Source: Corallochytrium limacisporum Hawaii (Eukaryota; Protista; Pluriformea). From it: 64,000 nt of DNA. The stretch is taken from NCBI GenBank assembly GCA_002811645.1, contig PDIP01000008.1, forward strand, positions 175,256 to 239,255. The letters are read 5' to 3'. Numbering within the stretch: the stretch's first letter is position 1; the number at the start of each line of letters is the position of its first letter. Below the pieces are notes generated by a model. That model was given only the letters and a program-made list of their open reading frames with translations. It did no database searches and was not told the origin of the DNA. Both the position numbers and the translations under genes were made by a program. This document shows positions 34,363-45,422 of the stretch, one piece after another.

Positions 34363-36441
34363 ATGGCGAACCCGGATCAAACGAACGAGGACCAGCCGAA
34401 GGTCTTCAGTAACACAAAGCAGACGCTGGAGGGTGATACTGATGGTGTCTATGGTAGTGAACCCCCAAAGCCCCCGGCACTGGTCGAAGAGGAGCGCAAC
34501 AAGATGATGTCTGTCATTTCCAACCAGGGCGACGGACAGGAAATGACCATCACTCTCGACCAAGTTGGATACACTGTCCCTATTGCAACAGAGTCCTACA
34601 GTAAGAAAGAGAAGCTCAAGAGCATGGTGACTTGCAATGGCATGCTAAGGGACCACTTTGAGGACAAGGCCCTGTTGAGCGACGTTAGTGCTGTGATTAA
34701 GCCCGGTACCTTGACTGCCATTATGGGTCCCTCCGGTGCTGGTAAGTCCACTCTGCTTGACGTTATTTCTGCACGCAAGAACCAGGGTATCATCAGTGGT
34801 GACATGCAGTTTAACAAGGGCGAGCGTCCGAAGAACTGGAAGCGCCTGGCCGGATACGTTGAGCAGACCGATGTTCTGCTGGCCACCCTTACAGTACGCC
34901 AGACCTTTTACTATGCAGCACGGCTCAAGATTCCAAAGGCAGAGTGGGGTAATAACTGTGAGTTGATTGACAACCGCGTAAATCGCGTTATCGAAATGCT
35001 GGGTCTGGAGAGCTGTGCGGACACCATTGTGGGATCTGCCAGCCTGCGCGGTATCTCCGGTGGTCAGGCTAAGCGTGTAAACATTGGTATTGAGTTAATC
35101 ACTTTCCCAAGTGTGCTCTTCTTGGACGAGCCGACCACCGGTCTGGACTCCCAGACCGCCTACGATGTTATGTTGGTCGTCAAGAAACTGGCTGCAGGTG
35201 GCCGCACCGTCCTGGCCACCATCCATCAGCCCAGTCCGGACACATACCGCTTGTTTGACTCCTTGCTGCTGCTCGTCCTGGGTGAGACTGTCTATAACGG
35301 ACCTCCCCTGGGTGCTGTTAAGTATCTTGAGGACCTGGGCTACCAGTACCCCACCAACATGAACCCGGCTGACTTCATCATCGCTGTCACCGGCGGTGGT
35401 ACGGGCCACGGTCACCGCAACATTGAGGGACCGGAGGTTCAGGACCCCCGCTGGTTTGCCCAGCAGTGGAAGAAGTCCTCCATGGCCCAGGAACGTGCCG
35501 CCTCCCAGATGCGCGCAAACCGCGAACTCAGTTCCAAGAAGCGTAAGCAGATGATTCAGCTGGATGAGGAAAGGTTCAGCAACAGCCGCTGGACCAACTT
35601 TGTGACCGTGCTGAAGCGGTACCTCTACCTGCGTATTCACGACCCGCGCTATCTTGGTGTGCGTTTCACGCGTGTACTCTTCATGGCCTTCCTGATTGCC
35701 ACTTTCTTCAAGAATCAGGGCACGGATAGCCAGGCAGTCTACAATCTGTTCTCCGTTTTCAACTTCACTGTGATGAATTTCTCCTTCGGTGCTCTCGGTT
35801 TCCTGAACAACCTCATTGAAGAACGGAAGGTCTTTGTCCGTGAACGCAACGCCGCAACTTACCAGGTCTTCCCGTACTACATGGCTCAGGTGTGCTCCGA
35901 AATTCCTTTCACGATTCTCCAGGTGATTCTCTGGACCATCATCGTCTACTTCTCCGTCGATCTGCGCTCCGGTGCAGAATTCTTCTTCACCTACATGCTC
36001 ATCACCTATCTATTGGGTGAGTGCGGTCTTGCAATGGTGCAGACATTCTCTGCACTGGCTGACGACTTCACGGAGGCTAACTTCCAGATCCTTCCAGTCC
36101 TGATGATCAGCTTCATCTTTGCCGGTTTCTATATTCGTGCCCCAGAAATTCCCGACTACTGGATTTGGGCCTACTACATCTCCTATATTGGCTACGGTCT
36201 GAACGCCCTGGGTATCAACCAGTTCGATGATAACTTTAGCTACACCCAGGACTGTATTGTTAACGGTGAAGCTCAACAATGCCCATGGGACCCGGATGAC
36301 CTGATGTCCTTCTGGGGTGTCGGTCCAGAGGGTGTGGTGTCCAACAAGTGGTATTCCATTCTCATCCTGGCACTCATTACGTTTGCCTGGCGCACTATGG
36401 TCTACCTGATGCTGCGCTTCAAGAAGCATGGCACCCGGTAG
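34363..36441 (+). CDS. ABCG (White-family) half-transporter 2
   Basis: GPSGAGKS, ISGGQAKRVNIG, LFLDEPTTGLD, TIHQPS; C-terminal TM domain with FVRERN and IPDYWIW. accATGg start. Confidence 0.95.
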   Translation: MANPDQTNEDQPKVFSNTKQTLEGDTDGVYGSEPPKPPALVEEERNKMMSVISNQGDGQEMTITLDQVGYTVPIATESYSKKEKLKSMVTCNGMLRDHFEDKALLSDVSAVIKPGTLTAIMGPSGAGKSTLLDVISARKNQGIISGDMQFNKGERPKNWKRLAGYVEQTDVLLATLTVRQTFYYAARLKIPKAEWGNNCELIDNRVNRVIEMLGLESCADTIVGSASLRGISGGQAKRVNIGIELITFPSVLFLDEPTTGLDSQTAYDVMLVVKKLAAGGRTVLATIHQPSPDTYRLFDSLLLLVLGETVYNGPPLGAVKYLEDLGYQYPTNMNPADFIIAVTGGGTGHGHRNIEGPEVQDPRWFAQQWKKSSMAQERAASQMRANRELSSKKRKQMIQLDEERFSNSRWTNFVTVLKRYLYLRIHDPRYLGVRFTRVLFMAFLIATFFKNQGTDSQAVYNLFSVFNFTVMNFSFGALGFLNNLIEERKVFVRERNAATYQVFPYYMAQVCSEIPFTILQVILWTIIVYFSVDLRSGAEFFFTYMLITYLLGECGLAMVQTFSALADDFTEANFQILPVLMISFIFAGFYIRAPEIPDYWIWAYYISYIGYGLNALGINQFDDNFSYTQDCIVNGEAQQCPWDPDDLMSFWGVGPEGVVSNKWYSILILALITFAWRTMVYLMLRFKKHGTR

Positions 36442-36619
36442 GGTCTCGGTTGTGCACATTATTATTCAAAACAACTCCACAAAAGCGACAAGACATTTTC
36501 ATCTCCTTTTCATACATACATAGTAAATTGGCCTACATGTACACATTTACAATTTTGTTGCTGTTGAGTATGCTACGCAGCATCATCCGACGAATCCCAT
36601 GAAAAGCGTGTTCAGGAAT

Positions 36620-38014
36620 TCAGCTCAGCTGCTTGCAGTGGAAGCTCTTGGGCTGCGTGACAGAATCGAAGCCAAACTGAGACAGGCTGACACCACGACC
36701 AGAATCCTTCACACCCGTCCACGCCAGGGCAGGGTCGAGGTAATCGCAACGGTTCACGAAAAATGTGCCAGTCTGCACCTGGTCGCCAATGGCTAAACCA
36801 GTCTCGTAGTCCTTGGTCCACACCGATGCGGTCAGGCCGAACTCGCTGTCGTTCATGAGCCGTATGGCCTCCTCATCGCCACTGACCTTCATTATACCGA
36901 TCACCGGTCCGAACGACTCGTCCCGCATTACCGACATGGAATGATCCACGTTGGTCAGAACCTGCGGAGCGAGGTACGGACCCTTCTCATCTGCCGCCAA
37001 GGGAAACAGGCTTGCATCAATATGGGTTTGTGCCCCGGCCGCGACGGCGTCGGCGATTTGTTTTCGGATCCAATCGGCCGCTGACACCCGCACACAAGGA
37101 CCCAGTGTCGTACCTGCCTCTCTAGGATCGCCCAGTATCATCTTTTTGGTTTCTTCCACATACTCCGAGACAAACGTGTCGTAAACGTCCTCATGGACGT
37201 AGATACGCTCAATAGCACAGCAGCACTGGCCACAATTGAAGAAAGCGCCGCTCACTAGCTCAGCCACACTGTAAGACAGATCCGCATCCGCGCGCACGTA
37301 CGCAGGATCCTTGCCGCCCAATTCGAGACCAATGGCCATAAACTTATCGGAAGCCGCCTTGACAACTTCGTGACCGCCCTTCACGGAGCCGGTAAAGTTC
37401 ACAAAGCCGACCCGAGGGTCCTGGATAACCGTGGCCGTAACGTCATGGTCCATGTGCAGGTACTGGAAGACGCCATCAGGGAGACCGGCAGCCTTAAAAG
37501 ACGCGGCGAAACGCTCAGCGGCGAGGAGAGTCTGACTGCTCTGTTTCAGGATAACCGTGTTGCCAGCGAGGATGGCCGGTACGGTTGCGTTGATGGTGAT
37601 CAGGTACGGGTAGTTCCACGCTCCGGCAATCAGGCAAACGCCAATGGGATCCTTGCGCACAAAGCGAGTAAATCCTTCCACCTTACCGACTTCCACGTCC
37701 TTCAGACACTCCGGCGCAATCTTTGTCATGTATCGAGCACGTTCCTCTGTGCCACCAATCTCACCACCTGCCTGCCCCACTGGGCGGCCCATCTGCATCG
37801 TTAACTCCATGGCCAGCTCATCCTTCAAGCTCACAAAGTGGTCGATGAATTTGGTCATAATTCCACACCGCTCAGCCACTGGTACCTTGCGCCACTCCCG
37901 CTGTGCCTCCTCTGCCTTGGATATGGCCTTCAAGGCCTCATCCTTGCTCGCCAGTGGCCGTTCCACGAACACGGAACCGTCTACGGGAGACACAATCTTG
38001 ACTGTACCGGTCAT
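36620..38014 (-). CDS. NAD(P)-dependent aldehyde dehydrogenase
   Basis: First ATG at 38014 (the track start at 38026 is GTG). WNYP, FTGS, LELGGKDP (catalytic Glu), FFNCGQCCCA (catalytic Cys), ESFGPV, NDSEFGL. Confidence 0.93.
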   Translation of the reverse strand: MTGTVKIVSPVDGSVFVERPLASKDEALKAISKAEEAQREWRKVPVAERCGIMTKFIDHFVSLKDELAMELTMQMGRPVGQAGGEIGGTEERARYMTKIAPECLKDVEVGKVEGFTRFVRKDPIGVCLIAGAWNYPYLITINATVPAILAGNTVILKQSSQTLLAAERFAASFKAAGLPDGVFQYLHMDHDVTATVIQDPRVGFVNFTGSVKGGHEVVKAASDKFMAIGLELGGKDPAYVRADADLSYSVAELVSGAFFNCGQCCCAIERIYVHEDVYDTFVSEYVEETKKMILGDPREAGTTLGPCVRVSAADWIRKQIADAVAAGAQTHIDASLFPLAADEKGPYLAPQVLTNVDHSMSVMRDESFGPVIGIMKVSGDEEAIRLMNDSEFGLTASVWTKDYETGLAIGDQVQTGTFFVNRCDYLDPALAWTGVKDSGRGVSLSQFGFDSVTQPKSFHCKQLS

Positions 38015-38880
38015 ATTCTTTTCCACCTGCTGCCTATTGCTGTGTATATCTCTAGAGATTATAGATCAGAACCATCTATTGATCAGAACGTTGTCCCGCT
38101 GTGAACGTCCGCACTGGGGCCTACCAGCTCAAGTACCCTATAGTCGCACGCCATGCCTCCCCGCAAGGGCACTGCGCATCAGGACTCCCCTCCTCGACAA
38201 CTCCCCTTTTGCCGCCCAGGGGGGGCCCCCACCGTTTGATGTGTTGTGGCCTTTTCAGCCACTGAACAAGACCCCTTCCCCCTCTGTGCCACCAAACTCG
38301 TAGAAGCCTACACTGAGATTGAGCCCTGGATTTTCGCCACCCTTGCCAGCTTCCTATACAAATAAAATGAGAACAGGAAACAAGGACCGAATCAACACTT
38401 GCATGTAGAGTTCCATTGCTTCAGTATGGAATTGACGGGAGCAAATATGCGTATTGAAAATCAAAACAGGAGTAAAACAGGAGTCCTGTTTTCCTGACCA
38501 TCGCATCAGGGGGTCAGTTGTTAATCGAGGTGCCTCAAGGACTTCCCGTCCGTTGCATATTCTTGCATATTCTTGCATATTGAGTTCAGCCCCGGATGCA
38601 CCATATTTTGTAAAAAACTTGGTGGCTGAACAATATACCTATGGCATCTCCTCAACTTCCTAAGCTGGTCGTTCATGCATCCCGATCAGCGCGGACAAAC
38701 TAGCTGCGGTTGGTAAATGGGATTTCTCCCTGGCGTGGTAGTGCGATGTGCAAGACCTGGTAGTGTGCACAATCACCGACATGTAACGAAACGTGTCAAT
38801 GTATGCCTTGTGCGCAAAAGCGACGGGCCGGCACGCACACCCAGCGATGGCCCACCGTTGGAACCAGACCGCTTGGCATA

Positions 38881-40172
38881 CCACCCTCTGTCTCATAATA
38901 TTAGGTAGAATCTATTCAAATCATATTCATTCGAATCCCGACCGCTGTGGCGGGAAACATTTTGCGCGTTCAAACTCAGCGTAGCCGACTCTATCCCCGA
39001 GCCAATTTTCAGTCCNNNNNNNNNNNNNNNNNNNNNNNNNNNNNNNNNNNNNNNNNNNNNNNNNNNNNNNNNNNNNNNNNNNNNNNNNNNNNNNNNNNNN
39101 NNNNNNNNNNNNNNNNNNNNNNNNNNNNNNNNNNNNNNNNNNNNNNNNNNNNNNNNNNNNNNNNNNNNNNNNNNNNNNNNNNNNNNNNNNNNNNNNNNNN
39201 NNNNNNNNNNNNNNNNNNNNNNNNNNNNNNNNNNNNNNNNNNNNNNNNNNNNNNNNNNNNNNNNNNNNNNNNNNNNNNNNNNNNNNNNNNNNNNNNNNNN
39301 NNNNNNNNNNNNNNNNNNNNNNNNNNNNNNNNNNNNNNNNNNNNNNNNNNNNNNNNNNNNNNNNNNNNNNNNNNNNNNNNNNNNNNNNNNNNNNNNNNNN
39401 NNNNNNNNNNNNNNNNNNNNNNNNNNNNNNNNNNNNNNNNNNNNNNNNNNNNNNNNNNNNNNNNNNNNNNNNNNNNNNNNNNNNNNNNNNNNNNNNNNNN
39501 NNNNNNNNNNNNNNNNNNNNNNNNNNNNNNNNNNNNNNNNNNNNNNNNNNNNNNNNNNNNNNNNNNNNNNNNNNNNNNNNNNNNNNNNNNNNNNNNNNNN
39601 NNNNNNNNNNNNNNNNNNNNNNNNNNNNNNNNNNNNNNNNNNNNNNNNNNNNNNNNNNNNNNNNNNNNNNNNNNNNNNNNNNNNNNNNNNNNNNNNNNNN
39701 NNNNNNNNNNNNNNNNNNNNNNNNNNNNNNNNNNNNNNNNNNNNNNNNNNNNNNNNNNNNNNNNNNNNNNNNNNNNNNNNNNNNNNNNNNNNNNNNNNNN
39801 NNNNNNNNNNNNNNNNNNNNNNNNNNNNNNNNNNNNNNNNNNNNNNNNNNNNNNNNNNNNNNNNNNNNNNNNNNNNNNNNNNNNNNNNNNNNNNNNNNNN
39901 NNNNNNNNNNNNNNNNNNNNNNNNNNNAAAAAAATTTTTCGACGACTACGAGATCTTCGATGTCAAGTTAATGTGAAAAGGCTCAATTTTTTGAAGTACA
40001 CTTAAGTGTTTATTCAATCCGTAAACGAAATATTTGAAATTGATTTGGTGTATAATGATATTTAATAATAATGATAATAATCAAAATATATATTACTCAA
40101 TCATGATTAAAAAGAGTGATCGGGGTTCTCGTTTTCGTGCGATTTGTCTCATACTTAGGAGACAGAGGGTGG
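38881..40172. mobile_element. Tc1/mariner-type DNA transposon (copy 2), both ends visible, interior lost in an N gap
   Basis: TA (38879-80) + CCACCCTCTGTCTC (38881-38894) ... GAGACAGAGGGTGG (40159-40172) + TA (40173-74): a perfect 14-bp TIR with TA target duplication. Gap at 39016-39927; nominal length ~1.29 kb. Confidence 0.85.
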
Positions 40173-40182
40173 TACATGGTAC

Positions 40183-40251
40183 ATGCGATCCGGTCTGCCC
40201 CTTTGATGCGATCCGGTCTGCCCCTTTGATGCGATACGGTCTGCCCCTTTG
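40183..40251. repeat. Three tandem copies of 23-bp ATGCGATCCGGTCTGCCCCTTTG abutting the transposon
   Basis: Units start at 40183, 40206 and 40229, with one mismatch in the third. Confidence 0.95.
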
Positions 40252-43200
40252 TCAAACGACATTTTCTTCTGGACTGTCGATACTGTTTGTTCTGTTGAAA
40301 TGTGTGATTTGGTCGGAATGCTGAACAATTAAATCCATGCGGAAGAAAGCGTGGGTGCTGGATTCGGACAAGGGAGAGGTTTCCCTCTGCCGGCCATACT
40401 GTGGACTGGTGGTGGAGAGCTGAAATCATTCCTTGGGAATTGAGTTTCCACGATTGCTATAATGCCACTATGATACCCCAACGGAAGTCGCGAGTAACCC
40501 CCCCTGGAGTGAGGTGTGCTCAAGCTCAGCGGAAGTCACCTCGTATGGAGTTGGGGTGGGGGGGGGCCGGTGAGGGGGAAGAGAGAGGCAAGGTCAAGAG
40601 AGTTCGAGGATTTTGGTTTCGCATGGTGGGTTCTTTTTTTTTTAATCCTTCTCTCTCTCTCTCTCTCTCTCTCCCCTGCAGGCTATTTGTTGTGCGGCGA
40701 AAGATGGATGTGTTTGGTGCGCCGGGCGGTGGGGGGGGGGGGGGGGGATGGAGGGGAGGTTGAAAAAAAGTTGCCCAGGAAAGGGAAAGAAAAAAGGNNN
40801 NNNNNNNNNNNNNNNNNNNNNNNNNNNNNNNNNNNNNNNNNNNNNNNNNNNNNNNNNNNNNNNNNNNNNNNNNNNNNNNNNNNNNNNNNNNNNNNNNNNN
40901 NNNGGGGGGGGGTGTGATGGATGGGATGATGACAAAAAGTTGGCCAGGAAAGGGAAAGTAAAAAGGGAAATTTACTTTAAAAAAAAAGAATGGGACGTCA
41001 AAAGTGACCAAAAATGGGCAAAAAAGTAGGTCTCCTGGTGGGTACGCGCGGGACATAAACCCGGGTTCCAACGACGACAGTTTCGCAGGGGAGGAGGGGA
41101 GGGAGAAGAGAGAGGGAGGTTGGGTGGTGAGGGTCCGACTGAGTAGGCAAAAAAATTCAGGAGGAAAATCCATAGCGGGGAAGGGAAATTCTGGGGCCGA
41201 GTGAGGTGGTGTGGGCAGGGCAAAGAGTTTCCTTTCTATTTTTCTTTGGCCGGAAACAAAAGGAACATACACCCCAAAGCCAAATCCACAACTTCGCACA
41301 TATTTTACCCCAAATTCCTTTGGCGATGGATTCCATTTACGGCCTCCTTTCTTGGACGGGCATTAGCACCGGAGTGGTGATTATACTTCGCATATTTTCC
41401 CAGCTTTTTTTTTTAACCACTTCCAAGTATGGTATGGGCAACAAGCAGGCGTTTATTACCAGCAACCTGGGCTCGAACATACTGGATGTCGATTTATTGA
41501 CGCTGATTGGTTGGTAAGTGGCATGCACCGTTTCTTCATTACGGGAAATGAAGGGAACGGAGGGAGGGGGAGCAAAGCGAGAGAGCGAGAGAGGTTCTCA
41601 AGTCAATTAGTGCCAAAGTGGGCGGGCTGGCCGGCCCCCCGGGGGGGGGGCTTCTCTTTGTGGAGAGAGTATTATCAACGAGGAAAATGGAGGCCCGGTC
41701 CCGTGCCGGCTGCAATCCCGGAGACTTGAATATAGCGACAATGCGGACGAAAGGGAGGGGAGAGGGGAATGTGTGTGTCCTTTTTTTGCTAACCGTCGTC
41801 AACAAAAAAAAAATTCAACAAAGCAAGAAACTCCCCCCTGGAAGCCCAAGACCCACCTCGACAACCGAGTGGGACCCCAACAACGATTGACCAGTTAAGC
41901 GTACGTTACGTTCTAGCTATCCATACCATACCCTAAGGACTTAAAAATCAAAAAAAGGGAACACCTGTCCTCCTTTTTCTCTTTCTTTTCTTGATTTTTG
42001 GGCTTTGTAGCACACCATTGCATCAATCTCCGTGTTTCAGCTCCGGCAAGGAAGGAGAGTGTCCCCTTCCCCTTTCTCCCCCCCCCCCCACCACCCTTGC
42101 CACAGATTCACTACNNNNNNNNNNNNNNNNNNNNNNNNNNNNNNNNNNNNNNNNNNNNNNNNNNNNNNNNNNNNNNNNNNNNNNNNNNNNNNNNNNNNNN
42201 NNNNNNNNNNNNNNNNNNNNNNNNNNNNNNNNNNNNNNNNNNNNNNNNNNNNNNNNNNNNNNNNNNNNNNNNNNNNNNNNNNNNNNNNNNNNNNNNNNNN
42301 NNNNNNNNNNNNNNNNNNNNNNNNNNNNNNNNNNNNNNNNNNNNNNNNNNNNNNNNNNNNNNNNNNNNNNNNNNNNNNNNNNNNNNNNNNNNNACCCCGC
42401 CGTGGTGTTCTTCCTTGGTTTTTCTTTTTGCTTCCTCCCGCATGTGTCCCCCCCCCCTCTGGCATTCCCACTGCCCACCCCTCTCTGCCCCCCTTGACAC
42501 GTCCGGTAACCTTTCAGTGTTCGCTGGCCTCGCCACCAAAAATCCTGGGCGATAGCCAAGCGCACAGTCTTTTTGCCGCCCCCTCGTTTTTCCTTCTTCT
42601 GAACCGTTCCACGGCCCGAGACGGATTGCCTTGTTTTTTTTTTTAATTTCCGTCCCGTCCTTTATCGGCCCTGTCTGGCAAAGTCGAAGTTTCGGTATTG
42701 ATCTCGTGAGGATCGGTGAGATCCCCATATGGACTCTGGGCAGCTATCGGGCACATACCCATCTTCTCTTTCGTTTTTCTTTCCCTTTCCCTTTCTTTCA
42801 TTCTAGTTTTTTTTTAAACTTTTTTAGGAGGCCTCCTCTTGTTTTCGCCTTCCGGGAATGGGTATTATGCCAGCAAGGCTTACCGCAGCCAAAATGCACG
42901 CTTTGGTGGTCTCCGGCTTTGGGTGGCTCCCGCTTTTGGATGTGATCTTGTTTCGTTTGGTGCCACTCCCTCGTAGTATGGTCCGTTCTCTTCCGTCCAC
43001 CTTTCTGTCGGCGGAATTCTTCGCAGTTCGGTCCGATGTCAGTTTGTCTTTAAACCTTTGCAAGAGATCCACGATGGTATGGAAGAAATACAACCCACTG
43101 AACCATGGTGAAGTCCTTCACACCCCAAGTTGGTGGGCCTGAAGGATGAGATCAGTGAAGTATTTCCTTGGGAAACAGAGAGAACGTGAGGAACAAAGAG

Positions 43201-43263
43201 AAAACACGTACTTTGCTTTGAGTTGGCCCTAAAGAATAAGTGGATTGATCGCACACGAGAACC

Positions 43264-45210
43264 ATGAAGGGTTCGCCAATTCGGATCGGCCAGGACCACC
43301 GCGGTCTGAGTGGGGACTCATACCGTGTCCGCTACGGCCCTATGCTCATGATATGCGCTATGGTGGCTCTGACTCTGCTCGTGCTGAGCCACTTTTTCAT
43401 TAGTTCGAGAGACCCGGCAGGTACGGTTGTCCTCAATCCACGAGTGGAGGGCGAGCCGCCAGCAGAAAAGCATCCCTTGGGAGACGGCAAGAACAAAAAG
43501 TACCCACCCCCCGAGGTTTCATCACAGGAATTCATCGGTCACCCTCTGCCGTATGATGACGAACAGTACCAAAAATGGGAAGGTCGCAGCATGAACATGA
43601 CCATGACCAACGAGCACCCTTGGACGCAGTACCTTAACGCGAAGGACGAAGGCTTCCGTAACTGGCTTCCTGACTTCAGCTACGCCGGCTACCACTACAA
43701 CACTATTCCCATCCCAAATCACCGCGTATGGGACCACAAGACCTACCGTGTAAGTTGGTACGGTGGCCATCCGAATGACGACGAATTTGACGACGAGGCA
43801 ATTCAAAAGGCCATCCATGAAGCTGAGAAGTCCTGTGGAGGTATCATTACATTTGAAGCGGGTACGTACCTCATTTCGCCGACATCGAAACTGAGTGACT
43901 ACATCCAGGTCAACATGGGGAACACTATCTTTTTAGGTATGGGGTCGGATCCTGAGACGGGCACTATTATCAAGCAGGTCAGTGCCAAGGCAATGCAGGC
44001 ATTCCATGTCATCCAGGTGGGTCCCGCACACAAGAGCTACGACAACAAGCGTATCGCTAAGGTCATTGCTGACGTCCCACGGGAGTCATTTTGGATTCCG
44101 GTCGACGATGTGAGCAAGTTCTATGAATGGCAGACCGTGGTGCTGGAGAACACGGAGAAGGACTACTGGAAACATGAATATAAGGGCATGGAAATGCCAA
44201 ATCGGTGGGCACGCATGCACGAGTCCGGTCTGGAAATTTACGAACCCCATCAAATTGAGAAGATTGACTACGGACGCAAGATGGTCAAATTCCTGGAGCC
44301 AATCCGTCACGACATTCTTGTTGAATACGAGTTTACGATTCGTGACAATCCAATGATTGAGGAAGTAGGATTCCAGGGCATCGCTTTCCACGGTGGATAC
44401 GATTGGAATAACGTGCCACAGGACTTTAGGCATCACCAGGGGGGCGAAATCGGAGAGATTCATGACTGGGGCTGGCAGATGGTGCGCTTTGACCAATGCT
44501 TGAACTGCTGGATGCGCGACGTTAGCTTTAAGAACTTAAATGGTGGACTCTACCTCGACCACAACATGGGCTTCACGTTGGAGAACGCGGTCTGGTCCGG
44601 CAAAGCCACCCACCACTCGCTGCAGAATCGCCGCAGCTATGGCTCCTTCTTTAAGAATCTGTACATGAACACCACCATGGAACATGGTCCCACCACCTGC
44701 CACTTGGCCGTTGGCACTGTGTACTACAATCTGACCATGCAAGAGGGTATGCCCATTGATTTCCATGCCGGCAATCCTCGCACCACTCTGTACGATTACA
44801 CTACTGGTGGTCAGTTTGAAGGTTCTGGTGGCCCCTACAAGGCTTTCCCGAATCACGGACATATGCTCGTGTTCTGGAATCTGTTGCATCGCGCCTGGTC
44901 CCCATACCTGATGTCCGAGAGGATCAATTTCTGGTTCAACCCCAAACACCCCGAAGGCCCCTACACACGTCACATCTTTGCAAAACCGGTTGTGATTGGC
45001 CTGGAAGGGGATCCTGTTGGTATGTACAAGAACACGACACTTTTCACTTACTCGTTGGACGAGTTTGTGAAGCCGGACAGTCTGTTCTATGCTCAATTGA
45101 ATGAACGTGGCCCAACCAAGTTGAAGCCTCGCCTGAAGAAGCAAGACTACTGCGACCAGGACCTTCGGACGCGTGTCAAGAAGTACCTGTTCGAAGGTCA
45201 CCATGATTAG
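43264..45210 (+). CDS. Type II membrane-anchored beta-helix polysaccharide-lyase-like protein (Pectate_lyase_3-like N-part plus DUF4955-like C-part)
   Basis: 648 aa: short basic tail, TM segment at ~aa 27-46, Pro-rich stem, then LPDFSYAGYH, YGGHPNDDEFDDEAIQKAI..GGIITFEAGTY, GG..FPNH..LVFWN and VxPDSLFYAQL. I recognise these from Bacteroidetes DUF4955 proteins (recall, not a search). Confidence 0.8.
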   Translation: MKGSPIRIGQDHRGLSGDSYRVRYGPMLMICAMVALTLLVLSHFFISSRDPAGTVVLNPRVEGEPPAEKHPLGDGKNKKYPPPEVSSQEFIGHPLPYDDEQYQKWEGRSMNMTMTNEHPWTQYLNAKDEGFRNWLPDFSYAGYHYNTIPIPNHRVWDHKTYRVSWYGGHPNDDEFDDEAIQKAIHEAEKSCGGIITFEAGTYLISPTSKLSDYIQVNMGNTIFLGMGSDPETGTIIKQVSAKAMQAFHVIQVGPAHKSYDNKRIAKVIADVPRESFWIPVDDVSKFYEWQTVVLENTEKDYWKHEYKGMEMPNRWARMHESGLEIYEPHQIEKIDYGRKMVKFLEPIRHDILVEYEFTIRDNPMIEEVGFQGIAFHGGYDWNNVPQDFRHHQGGEIGEIHDWGWQMVRFDQCLNCWMRDVSFKNLNGGLYLDHNMGFTLENAVWSGKATHHSLQNRRSYGSFFKNLYMNTTMEHGPTTCHLAVGTVYYNLTMQEGMPIDFHAGNPRTTLYDYTTGGQFEGSGGPYKAFPNHGHMLVFWNLLHRAWSPYLMSERINFWFNPKHPEGPYTRHIFAKPVVIGLEGDPVGMYKNTTLFTYSLDEFVKPDSLFYAQLNERGPTKLKPRLKKQDYCDQDLRTRVKKYLFEGHHD

Positions 45211-45422
45211 TGACCATCACAGGGCCCTGTCCGCCACATCAAATGACTCGAACAGTTGCAATTTTGAGCACAGCTTCTACAATTTATAAACATAGTTATT
45301 GTTTTCATAGTCAACCCTTGACAAACAAAGTTGAAACAAGTTCTTGCTGTAGTTATTGACATGTACTATGATTCATACATTGAAATCGAAGGATAGGATT
45401 ATCTTGTGGACACCAGCCTTCG

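Noticed and set aside
38947-40005. ORFs spanning N gaps (also near 8.6, 25.4, 40.8, 42.2, 56.5 and 61.9 kb)
   Set aside because: Artefacts of N runs lacking stop codons.
40762-40967. Near-duplicate ~36-bp AAAAAGTTGxCCAGGAAAGGGAAAGxAAAAAGG on both sides of an N gap
   Set aside because: Cannot be told apart from an unmerged, error-prone contig overlap at a poly-G tract.
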